Assembly (NCBI GenBank): GCA_964187785.1
Contig: OZ076409.1
Location: forward strand, 19,904,001-19,968,000
Direction: 5' to 3'
Length of the DNA: 64,000 nt
DNA from: Amphiscolops sp. MND2022
Taxonomy: Eukaryota
Shown here piece after piece: positions 1-12,478 of the stretch. Below the pieces are notes generated by a model. That model had not been told where the DNA came from. It did no database searches and saw only the letters and a list, made by a program, of their open reading frames with translations. Made by a program: the position numbers and the translations under genes. Every line of letters begins with the position of its first letter. Within the stretch, counting starts at the first letter, position 1.

Positions 1-610
1 CCAAGATTTTAGAATTGAGTCCTACAGCAAAGCCCTGGCTATCATAAAATCTCACAAGTTGAGGAAAACAAATTCAGTTTTTTGGGGATTCCTTTTCTTT
101 TTTTCCATTGTCTGTCAGCGCACATCCCGAAATCTAAGAAAAGGCAACGCCTCGTAGCTATATAAAAGATTGATTGTCGTTTCATCAACATCCGTTTTCA
201 AGTATGATAGAGTTACTTTTAACACCTAGAAGTGCAAACTGTGGAAATTGGAACAGTAAAAATAGAAAACTGCCTCCTGGCTAATTTTGGAAAATTCAAA
301 ATGCTTTTGTTGCATTTCGGATTCGGTATCTCTATTTTTAAGTGCACCTCGCAGAAATGTTTTTGTTGTTATTTTTAGCAATAAACACATCAATTTCTTG
401 GTGTCGAAATACTTATGCCAAGCCAGAAACAGCTAGAAAGTACTCAGAAAATTTTTCATTGGCTTCACGACACAGGAACAACAAGCTTTTGAAACACATT
501 TTGACTAAGGTGCTCGATGTTTGTAATAATAGATGAGTTTATGAATTTCTGCTTCAAAGCTACCTTTGACAGTCCGGAAATTTAGCCGTATTAGCGAATC
601 CAGAAACTTG

Positions 611-705
611 GTTGTCAGAAATATCGTCGTCAGAAATATCGTCGTCAGAAATATTGTCGTCAGAAATATCGTCGTCAGAAATATCTTCGTCAGAAATTTT
701 GTCGT
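611..705. repeat. 15-bp tandem repeat (GTCGTCAGAAATATC x ~6.3)
   Basis: Six consecutive near-identical 15-mers with no spacers; these explain the spurious (VVRNI)n ORF 566..826. Confidence 0.95.
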
Positions 706-1009
706 ATTGTTTAAAATTAACAGCGTTCACGAAGATATACCATTTATGTTATTCATTTATTTAAATAATAAAAAAAATCTCAAGAACATGTTTCATTTCG
801 ACACCAAAATTGGGGCAGGAAGTTAATTGCAATCAATCAACCCATCCAGACACTTATTGAGCAGCAGGATATTTTCCGTCTTCAGATATTTCACCAACCA
901 ACTTTCAAGTGTATAATGTACAATTATCTCATGTCCGCCATTCATGGTCAACTGTTTCAAAATTTGATGCATTTCTTGAAATGCCTTGGTTGAGAAAAAT
1001 ATCTTAATT

Positions 1010-1298
1010 GCATGATCCTTGCATTTAATACATTTAGTGGAATATATCTTGCAAGTAAATGTATCCTTGCAAGAATATTACAAGGAAATCTACTCCTTGT
1101 AAGATCTTTCAAAGAAACACCTTCCTTGAAAGATCCGCAAGGAAATTAAGTCCTTGCGAGATTCTTGCGAGATCTTTGTAAGGAATGCATTTTAACCAAG
1201 GATCTCGCGAGATTCTTTCAAGGAATCCAAGTAAAATGCACTCTTTTGCAAGAACTTGAAAGATCCTAGGAAAGAAAACATTTTTCTCCACCAGGGTA
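1010..1298. repeat. Degenerate TCCTTGCAAGA/AAGATCTT subterminal-repeat arm ending ...AGGGTA; probable DNA-transposon end
   Basis: Repeated CTTGCAAG/AAGATC words resemble the arms of the 4822-5822 element; ends in CAGGGTA like 8950-8957. Confidence 0.4.
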
Positions 1299-1485
1299 TG
1301 TATGATTTTAGTTTTGAAAAATTCCAAATTCTTTATTCTGAAAAATTGTACGGAAATGGGATTGATTTCTGTGACTTTTATTGTCAAGGACATGTGAATC
1401 GTGTTTCAAAGATTGCTTTCCAATCGGGTACTTTCTCATGCAATTAGACTCCAAAAGCAATTTGCATAATGCTTCATTTTCATAT

Positions 1486-1640
1486 AACAACACGGAAAGG
1501 TCTCAAGTCGTCGTATCACTTTAGCTAGGCTCAAAAACAGCAAGCTCTCTTATATATGCTAAACAGCTGTTTTTAACGAAAATTTTTGAAGTCTCTAAAT
1601 GCCTAAAAAATCGAAAGGGAGGCCTTTTACTCATTATATT
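1486..1640 (-). mobile_element. Degenerate terminal fragment of the Helentron-like (HINE) repeat family
   Basis: AACAAcacGGAAaggTCTCAAGTCGtCG...AGGCTCAAAA resembles the reverse complement of the family 3' end seen at 41465-41510. Confidence 0.45.
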
Positions 1641-4600
1641 TTTCATCTTAGTTAAAAATGTAAAATTTTGGATTTGGCGGATTGGCATGTCTGCAAGAGT
1701 ACCAGCAGATTTCATTTTTGTTTTCAAAAAAATCCTCAAAAAGGAATTAAATTTCCGAGCAACTATGAATTATTGAGAAGATAGGTACAAAATGTTGCCA
1801 ATGCCATTACTCACCATTTTTTATCTCTATTCTCGAATGATGCGTTGTGTCTCGACATCGGAAGGAAAGACTGAATGCATTTGATTGGCTGACCGAATCG
1901 CGAACAAGGAAAGATCCATTCGGCCGCCCAATAAGAAGACTTTCTGCTTCATCCACAGCCAGTCGTCCCCAGAACCAACCAGGCTGAAAGAAAAAACGAG
2001 AATAAAAGTTTAATTGTCGTGAGGTTCTCGGGTCATGTAACTAACCTATTTCGTACTTTTAGGTACATAGATGGGCGAAAAGACTCAGAATAAACAATAC
2101 CCGTAAAACCCATACCATGGAACTTTCCGCGAGATCATGGTAACTGTTGACGTCATCGTCAGGATCATGGTAAAACATGCAACAATCTTGCATGATCATG
2201 GGAGCCTCGGGAAGATCGTGGAAAGATCAAGGGAAGATCTTAGCAATATTAAGTACTGATCATCGAATGATTTTCAATGGATTTTAGCCGGTGCCCTATT
2301 TTCTATCACTGGGTGACAAAGCCACTTATATCACAATTGTTCATTCCACAATTACAAATTCATATTTGAATATATATTTAAATATTTGTTAGTATTAGAA
2401 ATTAACTACAAAAGTTTATTCAAAAAGAACAAGAAGAACAAGAATCTTCACCATGCATGCTTCGTATGGATTTAACTATAGCCATATGAAGCAAGTATGC
2501 CAACTCCAATTGTTTGAAATTATTCTGTGTGAAGAGACATTTTGAGATAGTCCGTAGTTACGGGTCAATAGTTCAACTTTTTGGTGCAACTCGTTTTTGT
2601 TCGAAATACTCGTTATCTTTTCCATCAGATACTGGACTCTTGGTATCGATTTTGGAGCAAATGCCTAAGAGCATGAGGCATATTTTTTATCTAGGAGACA
2701 TTGGAAGATGCCATTTGAACGAAAGCCATCCTTACATATTATCTCAGGAAAATCCATTTGCCACTTCAAATAAGTTACGCTTTCAGTGCACTACCAAATA
2801 AAACGCAACCTGACTTGCAAAATACATGAAAATACATCCGTCATCCATCGCATTAGAATTTTTTTTCCAAACTAATAATAATGATTTTAATCTCCATCAG
2901 CTTGTTAATAACTTAGGTTCTCATGACAAAGAACTTATATTATCATGATAAATTATATTAAAAAAGGTCACTTAAAACCTCAGTTTTCAAGCCATATTGA
3001 ACGTCTTCTACTTTATGTAACGGAAGCCTGTGGTACAACGAGTTTTCAGAAAAAAATCGACCAAAAATTCGTTCAAATCTGACGTGGCAAATTGAGCATG
3101 TTTTGGCCAAAGTACCTGTCAAAAAGCTGTTCAGAAGACGAAGCAAGCCGCCCGCGGAGACGACCGAACGGGAACACGGAGTGCAGAAGTCCGAGCGCTT
3201 AGAAAACTCATAAATAGACTCTTTTTGAGGTGCTAACCCCGGTTTTTACCGATTTTCAGAGTTATGCTACCCAATGTAGCGAGAACCGGAAAAATGCGTC
3301 ATTTCGCTTAATTATCCTTGTTTGGTGCTTGGAGTCCTTGCACCCCAGCTTGTAGCTGCGTGGTTTGCCATATTGGTGCCTGTTTTGATGTATTTTCACT
3401 GGTTTTAGCTAGCTCGAGCGCTAGTTTTTGCAGTTTAGATCTTATTCCCCATTTTAGACCTTATTCCCATGTCACCCTGGAATTTAACCCTGGAATTGGA
3501 AATTTACACTGTTTATCCTTGGCATTGTTTTTAAAGGCTGTCTAAACGGTGGTTGTGAAGAGAAAAAGTATAATGCCCGTTATTCTCAGCAGTTACAGAC
3601 TGGAACAGGCCGGAGAGCATCCTTCAAGACGGTTCCCCCTCCTCGGGACCGGCTATCCTCAGGAGGACAAAGTGAGCTGATATCATGGTGGTTTGTCCCG
3701 GACCATATCCATGGTACCAGTTCCTCCATTCTATTGTTACGATACAATCGCTTAGCGCTTGCCGTTACATTATTTTCGCTAAAATAATCAATCCCATTCT
3801 TTGCTCCTTTGTAACATAATACTGTAGCTCCAACAATCAAACAGGAAACATGCAGCAATTTCCAGGGATAAAGAAATCAAGTTGCTTCCAATGATTGAAA
3901 GACCCTTCTCTTTGTAAAAAGATGAAATTCTTCAACAGACGGGTTTGGCAAGAGCAGTCTTCAAAATGGAAAATTCCTAATACAATTGTGACGTCAAAAA
4001 GTGACTTAAGAGCCGCATGTGCTACTCAAAAGCGTGGAAGTTTCCACACGATTTGATTATGTGACTGTATTATTGTATTTCTTGACTTGCAAGTATCATA
4101 AACCTATCAAGGCTCAAAAGCACAGACTCGCTCAAAGTAGCTTTTCAATCACTCTGATCAAATGGCACCGCCGTAGAGTATGCGCACTTGGTAAAATTTC
4201 ATCACTTTCAAAGAAAAGGAATTGAACATTTTTCAAAAGTGCAAGTAAAGACAACCTCTGAGAAAAAATTTCATCCAGAGAAAAAATCTTTACAGAGTTG
4301 GGAACTTCGGCATAATCCAAAAATCGGTATTTTTGTGGCATCGAAATCTGGAACTAAAGTTATTTTCACGAACTAAAAATCATGATAGTAGGCAATGAAA
4401 ATTGAATAACTACAAAAAATGCAAATTTTATCCAAAAACAAGCACTCCCATTTAAAGAAATATGCAAAAACCTGGAAACCGAATTTTCCTGGAAATTTTC
4501 CAATTTGTATCATTTTAGGTGCATGGAATAGTTAGAGAAATTACATTGCGTCGTCCCGCTGATTTTGACACTTTGCAGCAGAAGTGGCTGAATGATCAGC

Positions 4601-4821
4601 TATAATTGACTGGTGTGCGATTGCGCTTCTTATTGCGAAGCATGCACGAAGAGGAAGTTTATTCCCTATGGGCTTGCAGCTTTGGCTTGCAGTCTTCATT
4701 GCAATTAAGTATCTCCACTAAGCTTGTTACTAGTCGTGAAAAGTCTGCTCCATATAGACATAATGCAGAGGGGGCATTATAGGAGAATAATGTTACTTGG
4801 GGGATAGACAGAGAAACCCGG

Positions 4822-5822
4822 GTTGACCCTCTTACTAGCATCTTGGCTGTCTTGGCAAGATCTTGCCAAATTCTTAGTACATCTTGGCAGCCATGGATCC
4901 CATGGCAAGATTCTTATTAAGATCTTACTAAGATAATACTTATTCCAAGGTCGTATCTTATCACGATGGACAAAATTTTAAGATTATAAAAAAAACACTA
5001 TACCTTCGGTACAAGCAGCTGAGACTCAATCTGAAGGCTCATTTCACCCAACAACGACTATTTCTACTCGTTTTCATAATCAAAATGCTTAAACCTGCTG
5101 AAAAAATTTTGCATGCAAAAATGCGTGAAAAATTACGATAACGTAGTCTGGCTTCAGAAATTCTGACGAGAATCCTAATAATTCCTCACCTGTTTAAGAC
5201 TGAAAAATGCCGAATGTACCAAATGAAAGGTAATTTCAAGGGCTTTTCAAAACTTGTAATTTATCATTCCTGTCGATTCCAGAGGCGGAGAAATATGCTC
5301 TCAAACGTCCAGATCCACTATCGGAAAGTTACAAAGGAAAGACCTTAAAATCCTGAAATTTTTGTAAAACTCATATTTCCAGCTTTCTTTGAGCCTGTTA
5401 CGGCGGTCATTGCTCTGTTTTGGGTAATAACAGCTCAAGGCTTACCTGACGCCGTTGTTGGCGACAGTTTTGCAATCGAAAAAAAATCGATCTCGAAATG
5501 TTTGTAAGAATCATTCAGTAATTTAGTTTTGAGTGATGTCTAGATTATTTTTGCATAACTCTTAATTTAATGGTTTTCTGATTTTACTTTCTCTCGATAT
5601 CGAGCAGTTCGTAGCAATTTTTTTCTTGCCATATTCGGCTTCTTAGTTAGATTTTTCTTGCCATATTGGGCTTCTTAGTAAGATTTTTCTTGGAAACATG
5701 GCTCTCTTGATAAGATCTTACCATGGCATCTTGCAATTCTTGGCAATATCTTGTCACGATCTTAGCTAAGAATTTTCCAAGATCTTGCCAAGATCTTACT
5801 AAGATATCCATGGAGGGTCGAC
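4822..5822. mobile_element. ~1-kb non-autonomous TIR DNA element
   Basis: Left end GTTGACCCTC...TCTTGGCAAGATCTTGCCAAATTCTTAG and right end CTAAGAATTTTCCAAGATCTTGCCAAGA...GAGGGTCGAC are imperfect inverted repeats built of AAGATCTT-type subrepeats; no coding capacity inside. Confidence 0.6.
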
Positions 5823-8800
5823 TTAAGTAAAGGAGAGGGAAAAGAAAGAGATATGGCGAGCAACTTTGTGGGAAAAAACAGGCACAATGAAAAAGATAGA
5901 ATTGGTTTCACCAAATAACTAACTCTATCGCGTACCATTCTTACCATCATCGACCGTCCTTGCTGACCATGTACTACCCCATCCATGCCACGGGCAGTGG
6001 CAAAGATATGAATTGTTTTTCAATCTAGATTGAATTTATAAGACTTCAAAGTAGCCGCTCCTTTCCAATTTTCCCCAATTGATTTTCGCACAAAGTCAAT
6101 TCAAAAAATGATGAAGAAATGAATAAGGAAAAAAGGAGGTGGGGGCGAATTTTGCTGAAATCATTTTTAGCTGAATCAACAGAAGCACCTGCGGCTCAAA
6201 GGCGTGTTTTTCTCTAAAAAGCCACGCAGGCTTGCTCTACGTCACAACTGCCCATCAAAATCTTCGTTTGCGGAAAATTTCTCAAGATTTTTAAAAGGGT
6301 TTATCTTGAACGGGTTCTTTGTGGTAGACAGAAAGAAAAAATCTTTTGAAAATAACACAGTTGCGCCTTTATTTTATGCCTTAAACTCCCTGGAACCAAG
6401 GTTCAATAATAGTGTGAGGGGGGGGGGGTCGAGACGTTGTTCTTGAGAGGCTCCGGCTCCTTTGATATTTGTTTTTCAAGTGAAGCTTGAGACGATCAGT
6501 GCATGTAGCGAAATTGTATTTGATACTGATGCTATAAGAACCCTAATCTTACCATCTACAGTATTGGTCTGCTTTTCCCAATTCAAAGAGTTCAAAGACT
6601 AAATTATCCTGCTTTTGTAGTCACGTTGTTGTCTCGCCAACAGCATGGCTATCGCCTCTTGTGATTTTGAATATGAAAAGTTGGAGTTCGGAGTTTTATC
6701 TCCGGCAAACGAATTGAAATACACGAAAAAAATCACTTCACTCGCTTTCATTGCACTTGATGATATCACAATTGCGCAACTCGACGCACATGTTATGTAA
6801 TCTCGGTCGTTAGCCGGAAAATTTGCATAATTATCGTGCTTTCTTTGTGGAATTTGGATGGTTTTTATGATCCAATCGACCTGCCTTCGTGATTTCAGAA
6901 GACATGGAGACATTCTGCAAAAATGGCAATCTGTCTATCTAAAAAGATGTAAAAGATGTATGCATGCATCTTTTGTTGGTTTTCTGTTTTTTTTTTAAAT
7001 TCAGTCTGGCTGTGTTGTCCATTATGTGCATCGATCAAAATTGGAGATAAGCAGTTTGTCTCCGTTTTATTTTGTTCCTTTTGTGGCGCTCCGTCCAAGC
7101 GCATCGGCCAAGTTGCATGGAAATTGAGCCGGTGGTGGATCACAGGTGGAAGCTCATTAGTGTCCAGACTACTTAATTTCCCGGAGGTAGATTAACACAT
7201 GCAAGCTACCTGCTCATAATCGGCACCACCGATACCTATTGTAGAATATGTACCCCCAAAAAAGACCCCCCCCCCCGATATCAACACAGCCCCATCTTTC
7301 CATACAGAACTTTGCCATTCCAAATTTTAGGAATTCAAACAAGATGATTTTCAAAAAATTGATTTAGAGTGTTTCTTCCGTGTTTTTTTGGAAGAATTTT
7401 TTAAAATACTGATAACTTTCAGCTCATTGCTGTTACTAGGGAATGTATCAGTTGTATTAAATTGTACCAATTTCAAAACTAAATTTAGAAGAAGTATCCA
7501 GAAAAAGCACACAAGAGCATGCATCAATGTAATACCAACAAACGTATCAGATCTGAAAAAACGCACTCAGATCGAACATTTCGCTTGATGAATTTGTAAA
7601 TGTAGAAGTACACCATAGTTGAAAGTGCTCGAAAGTTTTACATGTTTTTACAGGTTGCAAGGCAAATTTATCAAGTTTTTGGGAGCTGCTTGGTGAAAAA
7701 TTCATGCTTAAAATTTTCATGCTGCGTCACTAAATTTTCAGGTATTTATTAGGATTCCTTTTCAATTTGGCGGGTTTTCAAAGTAACATCAAGGAAATTG
7801 AACCTAAAATACCAGCGAAATTTTGTAGGTTTTTGTGGGCAATGCTTTAAATTTTGTAAGCACATACGCTAGAATATGACGTAAACAAATAGTATAAGGG
7901 TACCAGTGTGGCAAACAAATTCGTATTACTGGATTTTTTTGGTGGAAATATTTTTTTGCTCGCAAACTGTTGAAAAACGCAAAATTTATAATTTTCAGGT
8001 TTCGAAAATCGAAACCACAATCGTATTGACGTTTTGAACAGTTTTTCAAGGGAACTACTTTGAGAACTACTTTGGAATATCAAAATCAGCTGTTTTGATA
8101 GGTTGAAATTCCGAATTTTTTAGGCCACCAAATGTGTTCAAAAAGTCCGAAATACTGAAATATACAGCTACTAAAGGTTTTTTTGCGAGCATTTCGATAC
8201 GAATTGCTCACGAATCATCAAATTCTAGTAGTTTTCTTTATGAAAAACTTCGATTTTTTTGGAAAATTCGGAGTCAGAGAAATTAGTTAAATTTCTGAAG
8301 TTCCTGAGTTCATTCCAGATCGCTTTCTTTTGGGCTCTGACAATTGTTATGTAGAACTATGTTTTCAGTTCGGACCCTGTCATCGTGGTGCTCTCCTTTA
8401 ATTGCAGATGCCTGGGTTGGGAGTCATTCCTTGGTTGCAACAGCTCTAGCTAAAGTGTCATTGATGAAGGATTAAGCTGGCAGTCTGTTTGGAAATCTGA
8501 AGTTTGAGGTCTTAATATGCATTTTGATGGACCGCAGAACTGTTTTCGAAAATGTTTTGTGATGTGATGATTTCTTTGCGTTGTTTTCTCTTCACTGACG
8601 AATATTTTTTTAAATTTCAAGATCAATTGTAATTCTTGATTTTCTTCGAGTTTTTACTCAGGTCAGTATACGTGCTAGATCAAGGGAGAACTAAAATTTG
8701 CAAGGTCTCAAATCAGCCTGTTTGGCCTTTCTTTCCAAATTTTTCGTTAAAATTGCCTGGATTTTTTCCAAACATTTTCTAGGCTGCAGCCATATTTTTT

Positions 8801-9049
8801 GAAATGTGCATGGATCTGCCCAGAGCATTTTGCAGGTTGCATGGAAATTTTACAGAACTTTTCCATGCATGCTTCCACTTTTTTCTGTTTTTCAAAAATT
8901 TAGAATGCATGCATGGATCCAACTTGGAAAACTTTCCGGCATGTTCGACTAGGGTATGCGCGTGAATGTGATTATGGACTGATGCTGTCGCCTAATCCTT
9001 ATCACATAGTTCAATGTAACAAACAGCAACACCAACTTTCAACCCTTTC

Positions 9050-9195
9050 TTGAACCTCAGATTTTTTTGGTACTCTGCGACTTTAAAAAAAATTTCCCCT
9101 AATTTTAGTTAGAAAAGCGTTTTCTCAGCATATTTTAAATTTTGATCTGTTTGAGCCTTATGTGGTGCGCCGACTTGAGACGTTTCTGTCTGGTT
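9050..9195 (+). mobile_element. 3' fragment of Helentron-like (HINE) repeat (second copy about 15655-15800)
   Basis: GAGCCTTAtgTgGtGCGCCGACTTGAGACGTTTCTGTCTGGTT matches the family 3' end and includes a small AGAC/GTCT hairpin. Confidence 0.55.
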
Positions 9196-9779
9196 CATCA
9201 TAACGCAAATTCCAACACATAAGGATCCACTTTTAAAAAATCAACTGTTTTCTAGTGTTAGTGTACATGATATGAAATAACTTTACATTTTTAAGATGAA
9301 GTTTGACATTGAAAAAAATGCATTGCCAGAAATTTTTCTTTTCAGGTCTGATTAGGGCCACTGTTTAATTCAGAGCAAAACTGATATCCTCTGGCATTCG
9401 TATCGTTCATACTTAGTCTGGCAACTTACCAAAAGAATATAAGAGATCAGTTTCATGTGTTGCTCTGGTTATTCGGATATCAATTGTATCCATGACTACA
9501 TCGAGCCTCTCGGTCATTCTTTTATTTAGTGTTTCCACGCTCCTCTAGATCATTCCAACACTTTTCTTTTCATTTCCATTTCTGTTTGTACTAACAACAG
9601 TGTTTCCCATTGACCTGAATTCCATTCCAAGTGAGTTCATCTCGTGATTCAGCAAATCAGTTATCAAATTACAACTTCCTCTAATTTCAGTATTTTTTGA
9701 TGCAATTCCAACATCTTGTTCATTTGTTGTAACTTCCAAACATACTTATGAATTTTCTGAACGCAACTTTGTGTCTAAT

Positions 9780-10860
9780 TGGATCTTCTTCTATAACTAC
9801 TTGTCTTTTCGTTACCGGTATCATCGCAAAAGAGTGATGTAGTTTTTTAATTGAAAAAAATCACAACTTACCCAGAGAAAAGCTAGTGATTCTACTTTTG
9901 GACAACTTTAGGCAATTTTGGTAACATATCTTAACGGTTCGAGAGATCCAAACGCCAATATGGTTTCAAAGAGAGAAGATCATGCATTGACGCTACTAAC
10001 ACTGTGAGAGAATTCATGAGAAACGAAATTGAGGAAAAGAATGAAGGATAAGCTTGCTTTATTGATTTACAGAAAGCGTCTGATACACTTGACCATGAAA
10101 TTCTAATGATCACATTGGAGAAACATGGCTTCAGAGGAACAATTTTACAAATCCTCCGGAAAACACTCAGTAAACGGTACCAATTTCTTTGGGAAACGGA
10201 AGTCGTTTCAAGAAATTCTGTGTTAAGTCTGGCGTTCCCCATGGCAGTGTATTAGGCTCCTTCGTTTTCCTCATTTGCTTCAATGACCTACAAAACGTTG
10301 TGAAGGACAGCCAAATGGAACTGTTTGCAGATGATACAACTTTTGTGAAGTCTGTAAAAAATACTGACCGGGAAACTGATGGAGCGCTCCATAAAATCAC
10401 TGATTCGTTTATAGCTAGTAAACTTACAGTTATACTAGGTAAATGCGAAGCAAAACCATTTGGCTGCAGATTGCCACAGAAAACTATTCTAAATGACGAA
10501 CTCTGTTACAAATCTGCATGTAAATAGTTAGGTCTACATCTAGATGGATTTCTCAGGTTCAGTGAACACATAAACTACGTTATGAAGAAACTCAATAAAA
10601 TTTGTGGTTTGATTTACCGTGGTGTCGGGCACCTGTATCCGATAAAATGTCTTCTCAAATTTTATATTTCGTTTGCCAAATCAGTCATTTCCTACGGTAT
10701 CTTAGTCTATTGTTCTTATCAGCATCTAAAATGAATTGGAAAAAAAATGAAGACAGCGAAAAATACCAAAGTAATCTTTTTCAAAAAGCGATTTGAATCC
10801 ATTGCAAACTTGTTATTAGATAATAAAGTGCCAACAGTTTTTGAAGCTCACATGTAAGAG
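9780..10860 (+). pseudogene. Decayed non-LTR retrotransposon (LINE) reverse transcriptase fragment
   Basis: Ordered RT motifs QYGFK..RSC, FIDLQKASDTLDH, GVPHGSVLG, ND, LFADDT, then LGL.LD; broken by stops and frameshifts. Confidence 0.9.
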
Positions 10861-12235
10861 CTTCTCGGGAGTTGTTGGACCAAACAGGTAATGAAACACC
10901 ACAAACGTTTTCCCTTTGAATGTTGCAGAAAAAAACAAACCGACATTTTAAATATTTGGATGAAAAATTCGCTCAAATGCCCAACCTAGACAAATATTTA
11001 CATTTTTAGATCAGATTCGAAGGAAAACCCTTCTTTGGTACAAGAGATTTTAAAATCGGACAATTCGCACTTGGTTTTTGGAAACATCTTTACATGAACA
11101 TAAATGGCGAAAGTGTTTTTTATTCAATTTTTGACATTCCGATGCAATTTTTGTTCAACATATGGATGATTTGGTTACTAATATTACGGATAGTTTGCAG
11201 GAAAGAATTTATCATGTTTGTCGCATACTCGTTGGGACGGAAATGTAATTTGAAAACTATGCCAAATGTGCAACAGACCCAAAATCTCTCTTTTTAGACA
11301 ATTTATGAGCAATTTTTGTACAGGTAGGCTGTTTCGTAGATGGTACTATACCCATCAATTCGAATCACCAACAAAACAATTATGAGATACGTATAAAGAA
11401 GAAAAATTGGAAGTTTTCTAGAAAAGGGTACCAAAAGCCCACAAAACACAATTTCTGTTCAATTTCAACGGTGGTAAATAATTTCCGTACATTTCTTGAA
11501 CGTTGGTGGGCATGAATAATCACAACGTTCGAAGACAGAAAAAGCGTTTTTGCAATATAGGAATTTCAACAATGTCTTTAAACATTACACAAATTGCCAA
11601 ATCAAGAGCCAATCATGTTACACAAAATTTGTTTTCCAAGTTTGTTCCCCTTCGGAGAGAAACAAACGATAGTAAATTCACTTAAATTAATGGGATAGCA
11701 TTATACTGAAATGTTTTCGACGGAATTTGATCTCACAAATCCCCATTGAACAGAACCGTGCTTTAAGTTTTCCAACAGTCAACCGTCTTTTTGACCAAAA
11801 AACTCAAATACCCAACGCTCGGAGATTTTTTTGAATTCGACTTCACATCAACTCTGTGGAAACTATTGATCAGAAATGGTTAAAAGAGAAATAAACCCGG
11901 CAAACGCTCCAAATCAATAATTTTGGAAGCTTTAGGTTTTGTTGAGACAACTGGTAGTAGCTCTTTTTGTCATCTCTGTTTATCTTAACACTCGCATTTT
12001 CTCAAAAAAAAATTTAATAGCTCCCGAAGGACTCAAAACACGTTCGCATAATTGGAAACAAAAACTTCTGAATTTCATTTTAATTTAGCTTGAGCAAAAT
12101 GAGTCATTGTTTCAGCCAAGCGCCACGTTTTTTAAAAGACCATCGCACTCATTGTACATTTTTGCACTTAACGATTAGCACTTTTCTGCAGTGGTGAAGA
12201 AAAAAGGTGGTGAATTAACAAAGAACAAAAACTCG

Positions 12236-12478
12236 ACTTTATTTTAACTTAGGGAGTAAAATATATTTTACTTCCTAAGTTAAAATAAAGTTCTTATATG
12301 TTCAATTTTCTCGTATTTAGGTAAAATGTCATTTTTCGCAGTTATACCCTTAAATTCATTGTGTTAAGCTCAACTATCAACTATAGTTGATAGTTGAGCT
12401 TAACACAATGAATTTAAGGGTATAACTGCGAAAAATGACATTTTACCTAAATACGAGAAAATTGAACATATAAGAACT
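12236..12478. repeat. Compound palindrome: 56 bp (12236-12291, 1 mismatch) overlapping a perfect 190-bp palindrome (12289-12478)
   Basis: Centres at ATA|TAT (12263/12264) and CAACTA|TAGTTG (12383/12384); arms checked base by base, zero spacer. Confidence 0.95.

Noticed and set aside
611..705. Possible CRISPR array or repeat protein (VVRNI)n
   Set aside because: Contiguous 15-bp units with no spacers, no cas genes, eukaryotic context.
862..880. 19-bp match CAGCAGGATATTTTCCGTC also near 50070
   Set aside because: Too short to define a feature; probably a fragment of a common repeat.
3586..3740. GC-rich patch with possible exon (plus-strand CAG..GTGAG; minus-strand WYHG)
   Set aside because: No recognisable domain or partner exons, and the strand is ambiguous.
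5945..6030. Possible small minus-strand exon ending ATG|GTAAG
   Set aside because: Too short to support without transcripts or homology.
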